Position numbers and translations under genes: made by a program. Positions 39,863 to 53,013 of a DNA stretch of 64,000 nt are shown here, piece by piece. Source of the DNA: Lytechinus pictus (taxonomy: Eukaryota); the NCBI RefSeq assembly GCF_037042905.1, contig NC_087252.1, positions 25,856,001 to 25,920,000 on the forward strand. Reading direction: 5' to 3'. How positions within the stretch are numbered: the stretch's first letter is position 1; every line of letters starts with the position of its first letter. Below the pieces are notes generated by a model. That model ran no database searches. It was not told the origin of the DNA and saw nothing but the letters and a program-made list of their open reading frames with translations.

Positions 39863-39999
39863 TTAGTTGGTCCTCTTTGCACCACAGTCACAGGAGAGCC
39901 GCAGTCTATAGACCGTCATCTCACCGGCATTCAAGTTAAAGAGATAGATGTTGAGGCGTTGATACGTGACTCTGTGGGGGTATGCTGAAACTGAAGAAC
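39863..39999 (-). CDS. Candidate terminal exon of gene B (frame uncertain)
   Basis: Strong acceptor tgtttgtttgcatttttag|G in apparently unique sequence; the phase-1 reading gives SSVSAYPHRVTYQRLNIYL...RTN*. Confidence 0.3.
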
Positions 40000-40478
40000 C
40001 TAAAAATGCAAACAAACATCATTTACAAAATCGCTATGATGGAAAAGGGAATCAACAAAATTGACTTTATTTCATAATCCTTGTCATGCTTGTCCAATGC
40101 GACCGCATCTTTAAGACAGATGACACATTATTTTTGTTTGATCAGTACAATAAGGCAAGGGTAAAACATTTGTTTCTACTGTGTATAACTTCCCCACCCC
40201 CCCAAAAAAAAAAAAAAAAAAAAATTATTGGTATAGGTTCTTCAAGCAAATCACAAAATGAATATTAATAAAATTTCCGATTTACTGAGTATCACTTACT
40301 CATAAAAAGTTGGTAAAAAATTATTATCGCCGACATTGGAAAGAGTTACAATGATAAAAGAGAGCGTAAATGCTGAAGAGCACATGCACTTTCAGCTAAG
40401 AAGATTTATTTGAAGATTTTTCCCCAATTGTTAACCATTTTCCTTGCTCAACGTAGATGTTCCATGAAACCGCACTGC

Positions 40479-40599
40479 CGGGGGCGTCGATCCATTTTTC
40501 GGATTGGGGGGGGCAAAATCATGAATCAACGTTCCAAAGGCGCTCGATCGTACAAAACACCCCCCCCCCACACACACACACACACATAGGCATATTATA

Positions 40600-40660
<61 letters not shown>

Positions 40661-41419
40661 GTATATATACATATGTATATATACATATGTATATATGACT
40701 CATGAGATACAGACATGTATCTCACCAACAAATTAATGCGAGCGCGAAGCGCGAGCTGAATTTTTTTAGTATACTGACCTTAAAACAGGAAAAGCGTACC
40801 TGTTTAGGACTGTTTGTATAGTAACTCATGAGGAGGATACATATCTCACTACACAGATAATGCGAGTGCCGAGAGCGAGCTGAAATTTCTTTATATTCTG
40901 ACCTGAAAGTTTGATATTCTAAGCATTTTTGGTACCAATGATTAAGATTGGTATCTAAAAGAACAAATCTCTCTCTAAAAGCTCGCATATTTCGATCTGA
41001 AAAAAATGACAGATTAATGGACTTTTTGTTATAAAGAACAAGATATATATCCAACAAAATATTATTGCAAATCGAAGCGGGAGTTATTTTGAGGGTTAGA
41101 ACTGAAAACGGGACATTCTATTCACCTATTTAATCATGAAAAGTATGGGCTTTTGCTACAGAAATGATGCGAGCGCGAAGCGCGAGCTGAAAATTTGTGT
41201 ATTCCGATCTGAAAAGCGGACATTTTGAGCACGATTTGCAATAGAGAACGAGTTGTGTATCTCAATCTCGCTTGCTGAACATTACAATCTTATTTTATTT
41301 TTGCACATCTGGAATTATTGGGGGGGGCAAAACGATATGTTTGCCCCCCCCCAATATTTTCATTGGTGGGGCGATCGCCCCCCCCCCCTGCCCCCCCCCC
41401 CCCCGGATCGACGCCTCTG
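40479..41419. mobile_element. hAT-like MITE containing (CA)n/(TA)n
   Basis: CGGGGGCGTCGATCC...GGATCGACGCCTCTG with a perfect 8-bp TSD CGCACTGC. Confidence 0.85.
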
Positions 41420-42929
41420 CGCACTGCCCCCACACACCTACATGTACACCATTGTGACCCCATATCTTCGATTTTACATGTAGCTCTAAACTTCATTAAC
41501 TAGGCTAGATTTTTTTTTCTTTTTCTCTCGTTTTCCTTTTCTTGTTATTGCCACACCTGAGGAAGTGTTAAGAAATGTGAAAGAAATGTAAATCCCTTAT
41601 CAAAAGTCGAAACATAATCAAGAAAATATATGTATATGATCCTGTTTGAGTTGAACATTTGATTACTTTGATATGTTTTAGTTCATGTCTCCTCAGATCA
41701 AGGGGATTAGACAGGGAAAGAGATAAGTGAAAAGAAAACTAAGGGAAAAAACATTAAAAATGGACAACGCAAGGGAAGTGGGAAAATGAATGAAAGATGA
41801 GCATGCGAGAAAGAACAAAGCATTCCGAAATAGCTCTACTAATACATTAGCATGATTAAGAAAGGGAAATGAATTAAAAGATGACAAAATTGCAAGCAAA
41901 AGCGAGAAAAGAAGGTAGAACAGAATGAGCAAAAAGCTAAAAGGGGCAAGAACAAAAGCAAGAAGAACTTAATAACACGACCGGGTTGCCGAATATTGGA
42001 AATAACGAAAAGGAAGAAAGAAGGACTGCATACAAAATTGTGTTGTAAGCTTGCCCAATTTCATGCAATAACGGTCGCAATTATTACTTTGGCTAAATCT
42101 CCAAAGCTACTTTTACGTGAATTTAAAAAACAATATAATTTCTGTCCGATACGCCATATCTAGCCCCCTCAAATATCTTGCCCCATTACATTATTTTCTG
42201 TTCATAACACGACGTGAGCGGGGAAAATTTGTCCCCCTCCCCCCCCCCCCCACAAAACAATTGAAGGGGAAAAGGTGAAAAAATGAGCGAAGGGAGAAAA
42301 GGGAACAAGGGTATAGTTATATTGTTATTCCTCCTTATTTTTTCAAAACAATAAAACCTAAATTAGAGGCTCGTCTCCTTCGCATGCTTTGTACACAATT
42401 TTTCTTCCGTGCTCCACGAGGGAAAACTATCAATATTGCCTTTCTCCTTTGTTTCCCTCCACACCATTATTTTACTTTTCTTTTCTCCTTCACGTTTATG
42501 GGACTCGTGTATTTTTGGCTCGAAATTATAAAAAATAAATTGGTGTAAAGTATTGTTATTTTTTGTATTGCATTGATACAAATTTCGACTCTTCTGGCCG
42601 CGAAGCGGATAAACACTACCGCCAATTCCTGAGCCACTCATGTGATATTTCTTCCGCTTTTTATCAAGTTTCGTGCAAGTATCTGATAAAAGGGGCAGGT
42701 TACAAGATTTCTGCCGTGCTATATATAAAAGTATATAAGTGTAACTTTATTCATTATCGCCGCACATCCATGTTTTGTCTTGATTTGCGTCATTAATTTG
42801 AAATTTAGATATCACTCCAGTTTCTAAATCATACGAAAGGAAATGCTTTATGAGCGATTTTTATTTCAGAATAAATCACAGAGGTTTCCGCGTACCCGTC
42901 TCCTACTCGGTTCGATGTAAAAATGTCAT

Positions 42930-44370
42930 AGGTAAAAAATGGGAGAGGTAAATATGGCAAAGGTAAACATGGCAGAGGTTGAAAATGGCAAAGGATAAAT
43001 TACCAGCGGTAAAAATGGCAGAGGTATAAATGGCCGATCTTAAACCCCCATGCAATAAAAATGTCACCTTTTACCCCTCGCCTGTACATAGCTTAAATAT
43101 TTTACTTGATTTTCTAAAGGGGAAGTTCGCCCTGACATAATGTTTATTGTAAAAATAGCAAAAAATTATTAAATGAAAATTGGTGAAGGCTTGAAGAACT
43201 CCATCAAATAATTAAAAAATATTATATTTTTATGGTGACGTCATATGTGAGCCGCTTTCCCATATATCGAGTAATGAAAAAAAAATGAAACGCCATTTTC
43301 TGAAAAAAAAATTTAAATGCTTTTTATCATACCGTCAGTTTATCGACAGACAAATCATTACACATCCGCTGCTGAAAGAACACATTTTTTAGCCATCATG
43401 AACCATTAAAATAAATAAAATAAATTCTATAGTGCGTAAAATATGAGGAAGCTACTCGTATATGACATCACAGATAAAAGGCTTAAATTTTAATAGTTTT
43501 CTTTGTCTTTGATGGATTTTCCTCAAACCTTCATCAGTATATTGTTTCATGTTATTCTTTACAACCAAAATTTTCGTCACACATGGTGAATTTCCACAAA
43601 TTTAGAACAGGTTAATATAATTATACATAGGAAAGAACACCCATATATTTGAATCCCTGATTGGCTACACATTTCCAAATTCATGCTGTAACCTATACCA
43701 TAGAACCTGATATCCACTGTGACTAGCTGCAATGAGGTATTGCTGTAAAGAAAACTGGACAATAATAGCTATAATTGCATCACTGACATAAACTCATACG
43801 TCTCGTATCAATATCTATTCGGATCAAATATAATGTGAAAATATACAAAATTAGTTTTAGTACAGAATGTTTTGTTATTTTTTCTGATATCCATATATAT
43901 GTTTAAAAATAGCACTGTTCACACTGGCGCCCAATAGCTTCATGTTCTTAATCGTGCAAGTGCATTGATGTATTCACAAACTTGTTTATTTCTGTGGGTT
44001 CATGGTAGCGCATATAGGTGTTTACATGAACACGAAATAAATCTTTGGGTATGCACGTGAATACGAACTTGCCAAGATAAAATCCGTTTTCCTCTCACTA
44101 ATTGAATACAATTTTTTAGTTTAATGAACTGAAATAAGGTGCAGACCTAGAATGCTGGGAAAAACGCAAATAATATGTAATCAGCTATACATGTATATAG
44201 CCTATTTCATTGACAAGCTTAATGATAACTAATTTTGACGAGAAAGCGGCTCTCTTTTTTTTCTTCTTGATGTTGCATGCCATTTTTACCTCTGCCATTT
44301 TTACCTCTGCCAATTTTATATCTGCCATTTTTACCTTTGCCATTTTTACCTCTGCCATGTTTACCTGGCA
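42930..44370. repeat. Inverted arrays of 15-bp units (MITE arms) enclosing other insertions
   Basis: GAGGTAAAAATGGCA repeats at 42930-43035 versus TGCCATTTTTACCTC repeats at 44278-44370. Confidence 0.6.
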
Positions 44371-45052
44371 CCTTTTATTCGGTTTTACAAATCAAAGATT
44401 ATTTATGTGGCCGATTTTTTTGCTCTCAAATTTTTATCTGACCAAGGTAGACATTTATACCTGCCCTTTTCAGTTCTCAATTTTTTCATAAAACGTGGGA
44501 AGATGACCTCTCCTCCCCGGAGCGCACTTCACGCGCTTCACGCGCTCTATAAGTGTTGGCATGCTTCGGGTGCACTTACAAGCCGCTTCGGGTGCACTTA
44601 CAACCCCCTCCAAATTGAAATCCTGGCTAAGCGGTTGCTCAAATACAGCTGTAAAAAATAATGAGGTTAGAGCGTTAAAATCGGTAACAAAGTTGTTCAA
44701 AGAAGTTGAAATTTAGATATCTTTATTTTGATGTATTAGAAAAATGCAAAGAAATTATGAGGATTATACAGCATTAGCAATTTGTTATATTGCCTTATTC
44801 TTTGACACAGCATGAAAATTAGCATTTTTGCGCAAACCAATTTCAGAGAGCTTTACAATAGTGGGCAGTATTCACTCAAGCGTAATATTTGGACAATATA
44901 GATGAGACCAAAGCCCAATAATTTATGTTGAAAAGAATATTCCGATATTGCAATTTAAAACTGCCAGGAACTTTTCAAAGTGTAAACTTTTTATTATGAT
45001 ACACACTGTAGAATCCTTTTTTATAGAAAAAATAAACAATAATTACCTTTCT

Positions 45053-45101
45053 TCAAAAAAAGGTAGGAACTGGAAAATATCCATTCTGTTGGGGACTGTC
45101 C
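45053..45101 (-). CDS. Gene B short exon, phase-2 start (probable C-terminus as assembled)
   Basis: Acceptor ttgttcattaacag|G; (R)DSPQQNGYFPVPTFF*; an AG|GTAATT donor lies 6 nt past the stop. Confidence 0.5.
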
Positions 45102-46318
45102 CTGTTAATGAACAATTTTAAAATATATCACATAAATGTTAATTTTAATAACACTGAGGGAGCTGTTTCTCGACATTTTTCGTGATAAATCCGTCGCGCG
45201 ACTTATATTTTCACCGCGCCTCTCGCTGACTTTTTATTCATTTTTTGTCTCTACCAACCCTTGGGACCAAAATTGCGACCCCCAGGTACGCAGTCCCGAA
45301 ATTACGCAATGATTTGTAAATACGTGGATACCCAAAATTACTTTAAAAACGTGAATTCGTGTACAATTTCAATTGAAATCGGGTATTTGTCAAATTTTCA
45401 TAATTGTATCATTATTTCTCTGTTTACTGATTAAACTCAATTGATTTCGTCTTGATGTGGTCAGTATAAGATTAACGACGAAAAAACAAGGAAATACATA
45501 ACAAAATTATAAAACAATAAAATACATACAAAATTATTGTGATATTGATTTTTTTTAAGTTCATTTGATAAGAATACTAAAAAGAGTATGTGAATACAAA
45601 ATATCCATTCTAGGGGCATTATTTAGTTAATCAGCGCAAAATTCGATTTGAAGCATAATCAATTAGCAATGAGATTTTTCGTCATAGACTCGTAATCGAC
45701 GGCCGAGATCATAAAAGGGGGGGGGGGTCAGTCACCCAGTCTTCTTAGGCATCAAAATAGGCCATTTTATTCAGGTTTAAACGGAAGTGTCATTACATGA
45801 ATAGCATTCATAAATACACAAATTGCTATGCCATCATATCCAGAGGTTAATGCTTTAAGGTACTTTTCAATCGATAATGTTTCACACAAGCATTGTGATA
45901 GGATAGTCACCATATCAGCCATGTTTTACTGTTGATTTTTTTTTTTATAAAGAGATAAACGGAATTATAATATTCAAGGGACAGACATTTCTGATATACA
46001 TTTCTCTTTTTCGATCTCTGTCATTTCAAAATAAACTTGATCAGAAGAATGGCCATATGGTGGTTCGGTGGACAGGAAGGGGTAAAGCGCCAACTCATGG
46101 CCTCCGATCCCTGGCCTAGTCATTCAACAAGACTTTTAAAATGATACTATCTGTCATCTAGCTTGAAGATCGACCTATGTGGTGGGGTACTGATAACATA
46201 TTATGTTATGTAGGTCCCACTTTGAAAGACCAGCTAACAGTTGAAATCGCTTACCTGAGTGAATATGATATATGATTATTATGTCTATCATTTAATAAAT
46301 AAGAGCAAACAATCATAC

Positions 46319-46394
46319 CTGCCATTATCTGCATCGTTAAGAAGAGATACCTCATTGCAAACACGAATGGTGATAGTAGAATTTACATAAGTAT
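46319..46394 (-). CDS. Gene B second linker exon, phase 1-2
   Basis: ttccccattatttcag|AT...GGCAG|GTATGA; open, (N)TYVNSTITIRVCNEVSLLNDADNG(R); phase matches the Death exon donor. Confidence 0.65.
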
Positions 46395-46636
46395 CTGAAA
46401 TAATGGGGAAAATTGCAGCAACATTAATATAAAAAAATATTAGTGCTATAAATCAGTGCTATCATAAGAATGATCTGCAAGAGTTTACATGGTGTTAGTA
46501 GGAGTAGAAAGAATAATTCGTCTGGATGGTGGAAGCTTGATCAGCTGTAAAGCTCATAATAATCATATTTCTGATCACCATGTAGTATATGCTTCTATTA
46601 GAATGCGTCATCCTGAGTCAGCATCTTCATCCTTAA

Positions 46637-47509
46637 AGGCCAAGTCCACCTCAGAAAATTGTTTATTTGAATCAATAGAGACAAATCAGACAAGCATAAT
46701 GCTGAAAATTTCATCAAAATCGGATGTAAAATAAGAAAGTTATGACATTTCAAAATTACGCTTATTTTTCAAAAAATAGTTATATGAACGAGTCAGTTAC
46801 ATCCGAATGAGAGAGTCGATGATGTCACTCACTCACTATTTCTTTTGTTTTTTTATTGTTTGAATTATACAATATTTCAATTTTTACGAATTTGACAATT
46901 AGGACCTCCTTGCCTGAACCACAAAATGTTATAATAACGGAATTCCACGTATTCAGGGAGGAATGAAACTTTATTTCACATGACAATGACGAGAAAATTA
47001 AAATATTTCATATTTAATATTTGATTTGATATCACTTTATTGAAATCACAATAAAGGAAAGAAATTTACAAAGTCAATACAAAACATAATCAATATTCAG
47101 ATAGGCCCAGGTCATGACTCATAACTGTCGATGCAGGGCAGTAGTATAAAACTTAATGTACAATTTCGATGTAACAGGTACATAACATATACATATAACA
47201 TATCTTTAAAAAAAAGTGAGTGTGTGAAAAGAATAGTAACAGACAAAGTTGTGGTAAATATTGGGGAAAAAAATTATTCATACAATCATAAAATACAAAA
47301 GAAATAGTGAGTGAGTGATGTCATCAGTTCCTTCATTTGCATACCGACCGAGATGTGCATATAACTGTTTTGTGAAATGAAGCGAAACTTTAAAATGTCA
47401 TAACTTTCTTTTTTTACATTCGGACTGATTTGATGAAATTGTCAGCGTTATGCTTGTTGGATTTTCTCTTGTTATTCAAATCAAGTCTTTGTTGGGGTGG
47501 ACTTGTCCT
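46637..47509. mobile_element. Kolobok-like element (family of 8893-9495) with an internal ~250-bp insertion
   Basis: ttaa|AGGCCAAGTCCACC...GGTGGACTTGTCCT|ttaa. Confidence 0.78.
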
Positions 47510-47742
47510 TTAAAGGAAAATCCAACACAAATAGAAAGTTGTTTTGAGAGAAAAAAGTACAATCGGATAAGTTGAGATAGGTGAAAGTTTTAACAATATC
47601 AGACAAATAATATGAAATGTATTAATTTTGAAAAGTTGTAACAGCATATCATTTTAAAGAGAATTAAATGATCTTTTGAATGATGTTAAATATGCATTGT
47701 GTAAAATTGGGGATTGGGAGAAATTAATGGCCAAATATATTA

Positions 47743-47812
<70 letters not shown>

Positions 47813-47831
47813 CAATAATTGAAATACTTAC

Positions 47832-48130
47832 TGGCTTCGGCTTTGCTCAAATGTTTACCATCAAGGATTACCAATAGCGCTTCCAATAGCTGTGGTAGAA
47901 GTTTCACTCTTTCTGTTGAATTTGCCTGCATTTCTGCCCACTTTCTGAGCATATCCAAAGTTTCCCTATAGCCCCCATCGTGTCTCTCATTCTCATCTGT
48001 GTATGCATTGATATCTGCTTGCCCAAATCCCAAGGCTGTTCCAAGACAATTGACGTCCGATTTGTTATGAAGAGATTGTGCTATTCTTTGCAGAATTCCA
48101 TCAAAATCTTGGTTGGCCTGTAAGCTTAAC
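47832..48130 (-). CDS. Death-domain exon (gene B), phase 2-1
   Basis: tctcattaatacag|G ... A|GTAAGT; 299 nt open. LQRIAQSL...CLGTALGFGQADINAY...YRETLDMLRKW...LLEAL fits the Death-fold pattern (LG..LGF...DI, ML..W, L..AL). Confidence 0.85.
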
Positions 48131-49053
48131 CTGTATTAATGAGAAATATTTGTTTATAGAACCAGAAATCCAACAAACCCTTTTCCATTAGTAATCATGT
48201 GATCCAAGCATAAGTAATGATATATTACGGTATCATTGTTGTTACATGCAAATAACTTGCTTATATGAGCCGATTACGTCTAAGGAAATCAATTACTCGA
48301 ACTTCCACCTGTATATTCAACGTCGACAGCATTTCATTGAAACTGGATTCGCAAGTATGTTTACTTAGTCATGTAGGTTTATGACATCATTGGCATCTCG
48401 ATTTATTCATTGTAGCTATGTCTTACTTTGGCGCAAATCAATTTTTTTCATCACAGTAAACAAACATAGCACCTCTTGATGATCCAATCATGAAGACATA
48501 TATGTACCATGTTTATTTATTCATTTATTGATCCATTTATCTATTCATTTATACATTGCATTGGTAAACATACTTGCGAACATATACTGCAGGGTAGGCC
48601 TGTTCAGTTATGCAAAACTGCTTTCCAGAGGCGCCCTGTAGTTTAACAAATAACTCAACATCACAGCTATTCAATAATGATAAAATAAAAAAAAAACTAC
48701 ATTATATATATATATATAATATAGTGAAATCAACAATTATCATGGAATCATTGCGTCTACATCAAGTTGTTCAGTGCAATTACATGTATGACAGTCAGAA
48801 TTTTAATGATTTACAATGTTTTTAATGCATAGAGGGACGTGCATTTTTGTATATTACAAGGGAGAGAAAAATTGAATAAGACGGCAGCAACATATTCAAA
48901 AGATATTTTGTATAATCCGTCCTTGGGCAGAGATAAATATGGTATCAAATTATTTGAGGGAAAACACTTTTTCAGGTCATTTTATATCCTTAAATTGTGG
49001 ATTTGTGAGGAGTCATTTTTTTTACTCACACGGTATATATAATATGAACATAC

Positions 49054-49135
49054 CTGCTCGTGACACCATCTTTTATACGAAGGTGAAATGTAGAGCTCTC
49101 AGAATCAGCAGCAACAGGGTTATAAAAGAAATTAT
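49054..49135 (-). CDS. Gene B juxtamembrane linker exon, phase 1-2
   Basis: ttgttttcccattatag|AT...AGCAG|GTATGT; (D)NFFYNPVAADSESSTFHLRIKDGVTS(R); bridges the phase-1 TM donor to the phase-2 Death acceptor. Confidence 0.72.
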
Positions 49136-49689
49136 CTATAATGGGAAAACAAGATGCATCAATAACGAAAACTCGTTTATACGAGTTTTCTGAGGATGAT
49201 CTCAAATGCGATAAAATTTCATTGTTCCCCAGAAAACTTGTGATCCCCATCCCCCATCCTGGCCTACCAATAGGAAGAAATTGTGGATCTTTAGGAGGAA
49301 GACGTGAGATAATATGAAATAATTTTGTATGTATTCAAGTACAAACATGTATCTTTTATGTATTCATTTGCTTTATTATTTTATATGTATTCATTCATTT
49401 ATCTTTTAATATGGTTGTACATTTGGGGAAGAAAACCTTTACCTACGGACAGCAACTCATCAGTTTAAAGTAAAATTCTTTATTTTTGTATCATGTATTA
49501 CAATTATATTTACGACTACTTGGGGAACGATAACAATTTGTGTTTAATATTATCTAGGCGTACTCCCTAAATTGGATATATATATATATATATATATTTA
49601 TTTATTTATATGTGTGTGTGTGTGTGTGACAGGGTGTGTTAGGGTGTGTGTGTGTGTATGTAAGTTCGGGTGTGCGGGAGTGTAAAGGG

Positions 49690-50025
49690 TACATGATGGT
49701 CAAGAGGGAAGCAGAGTAATGCACTACTGTAAACTTTAGTTCCTGGCCTTCTTCAGATTTCATTTACTAAATAAAATAAATAAAGGAAATGTTAGAATAA
49801 GCACCAACACGAACAAATGGTAATAAACAAATGTGAGAAATCATATGGTAATTACACGGAATATCAAAGGATCATACTCAACAGTGTTCCGATACTGCTA
49901 CAAATAACAGTGAGAATATAAGTTTTAAATTTGATTTCCTTTTTTTTATTAAAGGAAATATAACAATCATAAACTAACAAAACATAAATAAATATTTATC
50001 TTACATCTTTTGAAGTCACAGTTAT
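49690..50025 (-). mobile_element. Inverted partial pseudo-LTR of the Penelope-like element
   Basis: Reverse complement resembles 52760-52995 (GTTGAGTATGATC, ATGATTTCTCACATTTGTTT, CTGAAGAAGGCCA, TCTTGACCATCAT). Confidence 0.7.
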
Positions 50026-50914
50026 GAATTTATTCCAAATGATAATATCCAGGTTGGCTGGCAAAGGTTCCTTAAATTAAAGTTCAAAATGATGGCGATG
50101 ATGAAACTGATGTTGAAGCTCGATGATTAATAAGAATCACTGTAACAAGTTGAAAAGTCTGTGGAGACGATGTTGATGATGATTAAACAGTCAATTTCAG
50201 CAATCCATGGGTTGAAAAGCGTTCATTAAAATAGGTTGTTGATCTCGATGAGATCTGAGAATTCCTCTTTTAAAATAACTGCAAACAGTTCATTGGTGGC
50301 GTGCAAATAATTAAACAGAAGATAAATGTGGTATTCCAGTTGGAAATAATCTATGCTCTGACATGAAGTCTGGCGTGAAACTCTGAGTTCTGATCTGATA
50401 TGATGATGTCCTTGAAGAAACTGCCAGGCTTATGTTTACAAATTATTCACTATTCTGGAAGTTTCTAGTATTGTCTACAAAAAGAACATTCTGCCCATTT
50501 CTAGAGCAGGCTCATTCTAGAAGACTCTTGAATGACCTCAGTGAAATCAACAATTGTAAACAAAATAGGTAATCCTGTTGTCCTTTTCACTGCAGGCAGT
50601 CTATTGTGTAGCAATCTATTGTTTAGCAGTCTGCATTGTCTCTCTTTGCACATTCCAGAGATAACAAAGATTATTCAAAGATTACTCATGTCCAAAAAAG
50701 CTGTACTGGAACATTCTTAATCATTCTATGCTATAAATATCCTCAAAGATGAAATAACTAAATAAACGAATGTAATTACTCCTGCAATCATTCTTATATA
50801 TAACAACAGAAATAGAATTGTATCTTCCTTGTATACGAATATACCGCACAAGGTTTAATCGCTTGTACCCAAGCTCTTGACACTCGTTATACACATGATA
50901 CCCCAATTAGCCAC

Positions 50915-52995
50915 TTAATTCGACTTCTTGAACTTGTCCTAGAAATTAATGGCTTTCAATTTGATGGGCGTTCTACCTCCAGGAAAATGGGATGGCCATG
51001 GAGATCCCAGTAGCACCGCCCTATGCCAACATCTCCATGTCTGACCTAAAAGACAAACTATTACAAACCTCCCCTTTTAAACCATGCGTAAATCCTGGCG
51101 TTCTGACATTGATGTAATCAATTTCTTTGGGGTCTACGATGAAGAATCCCCTCATGAATTTATTTAGCATCCTTCCACTCCGAAATCAAGTTTACATTTG
51201 AATCATCCCCACACAAGGTACCTTTTGTAGACAGACTCCTTTACATCAAAGATAACACGCTCCATCTCTCTCTCTGTAAAATAAACTTACTGACAGTCAT
51301 GCATACCTCATTTCTCAATGAGGTGAGCTACCCCACACCTCTGAAATTCCTAATAGTCAAACCCTTCGTATCCGTCGAATCTTTTCAGAAGAGGACCACA
51401 TTAATTCTGCACTATCTCAACTAAAAGGTCATTTAACATCCCGCCAATATGACCCAAATCTAGTTGAGAAAGGCATCCACAAAGGCAGACTCAAACCACG
51501 TTCGAATTGCTAACCTACAAAAAAAATCAAACATCACGAACACCATTCGTCCTAACGTACCACCCAAATATGAAGCAGTTGTCTTAAATTGTCCACAAGC
51601 ATCTTCCAATCCTCCATCAAGATAAAGCACCGAATGAACTGTACATGAACACCCATGATATCGTTTCGTAGATGTATATCTCTGAAAGACCTTTTAGTGT
51701 CATCTAGGATCCCAAATATGGACCTATGAACCGCTGAAAATCCACAAAGATTATAGGCTCCTCTAAATGCAGTGCACGCAAATGTTGCATCTGCCAATTC
51801 ATCGAGGAAACTGATCATTTCACAAGCACAGTCACGGACCAAAGGTTTCCTATTACCATGATTACCAAAAATATTCACTGTCAGTCTAACTTAGTGATAT
51901 ACATGATAACGTGTACGAAATGCAGGATGTAATATGTGGGGGAAAACCACAACCACCTTATACACAAGGATGAGCAAACACCAAAAATAAAAAGGATTTC
52001 GACAAAGAAGGCCACTCCATCGAACATATGCAACTCACTGGTATATAATTAATCCGCAATAAAGATGTTGCAGTAATACTAAGAAGTAAATCCTTCTGGA
52101 TTATAAAGTTAAAAACCCTTAAGCCCAACGATATTAACGTAGACGAATGCAGACCGATAATATTTATTTTCATTTTCCTTCTCTTCTCTTCTCTTCTCTT
52201 CTCTTCTCTTCTCTTCTCTTCTCTTCTCTTCTCTTCTCTTCTCTTCTCTTCTCTTCTCTTCTCTTCTCTTCTCTTCTCTTCTCTTCTCTTCTTTTCTTTT
52301 CTCTTCTCTTCTCTTCGTTCTTTCTTTCTTTATATTATCCTTTTCTATCTTTCCTTCTTACTTCTTCTTTGTCGTCTTCTTATTCTTCTCCTTCCTTTTC
52401 CCTTCTTCTTCAACTTCTTCTTCGTTTTCTTTCTCTTCTTTCCATCGATGTCGGTCTTTCAATTTCTCTTCCTTTATTTTTTTGTATACTTGAATATACT
52501 ACATTTTGCTTTGTGCCGTCTATGAAGCCCATGTATATCAAGGCCCTTTTGTAAAAATATGTTATACATGTATAGAAATATGAATAAAGAGTAATATATA
52601 TATTTTTTACCTTATATCCTTTATGTCCAACGTTAAGCCATTCTCTTCTATCTTGTATTATTCATCAGTTCTGCTCAAATGCACTCATGCTACTACGATT
52701 TGCTCAGTACACCATATTTACTCGTGTTATTTAATTCGTAAATGTCACACGTGCGGTAGACAACATAACCGTACTTCAGAAGTATGTGATATAACCCTTG
52801 TCAGGTGCTATTTATCTTTAATGTTTATTTATGTTGAGTATGATCATTTTTTATTTATTTTAATTACCATAATTATGATTTCTCACATTTGTTTTGGTCA
52901 AACTTGAATTTGCCCTTGTTTACAAACTGAAGAAGGCCATGGCCGAAAGCTTTGCAACACAGTGTATTACTCTACTTCATTCTTGACCATCATCT
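50915..52995 (+). mobile_element. Decayed Penelope-like retroelement (RT + GIY-YIG endonuclease)
   Basis: Frameshifted translation: LLELVLEINGFQFDG, FYLQENGMAMEIPVAPPYANI, IKFTFE, IPNSQTLRIRRI, PFVLTYHP, VIYMITCTKC..YVGE, FWIIKLKTLKPNDIN; (CTCTT)n at 52180-52315. Confidence 0.88.
52917..52959 (+). ncRNA. Minimal hammerhead ribozyme-like motif in the PLE pseudo-LTR
   Basis: CAAA-CTGAAGA-A-GGCC-AT-GGCC-GAAA-GC-TTTG: CUGANGA/GAAA core, helix II, palindromic AAGCTT; the cleavage triplet looks degenerate. Confidence 0.55.
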
Positions 52996-53013
52996 ACTGT
53001 TTACACATAATTA

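Noticed and set aside
49878..50071. Small exon-like segments with AG/GT ends
   Set aside because: Wrong phase or in-frame stop, and they overlap the inverted pseudo-LTR.
52147..52554. 135-aa hydrophobic LLFSS ORF
   Set aside because: Translation of a (CTCTT)n microsatellite.
52611..52648. Possible phase 1-2 micro-exon (EENGLTLDIKDI)
   Set aside because: The acceptor lacks a pyrimidine tract, it lies within the Penelope-like 3' region, and 49135-49054 already supplies the phase bridge.
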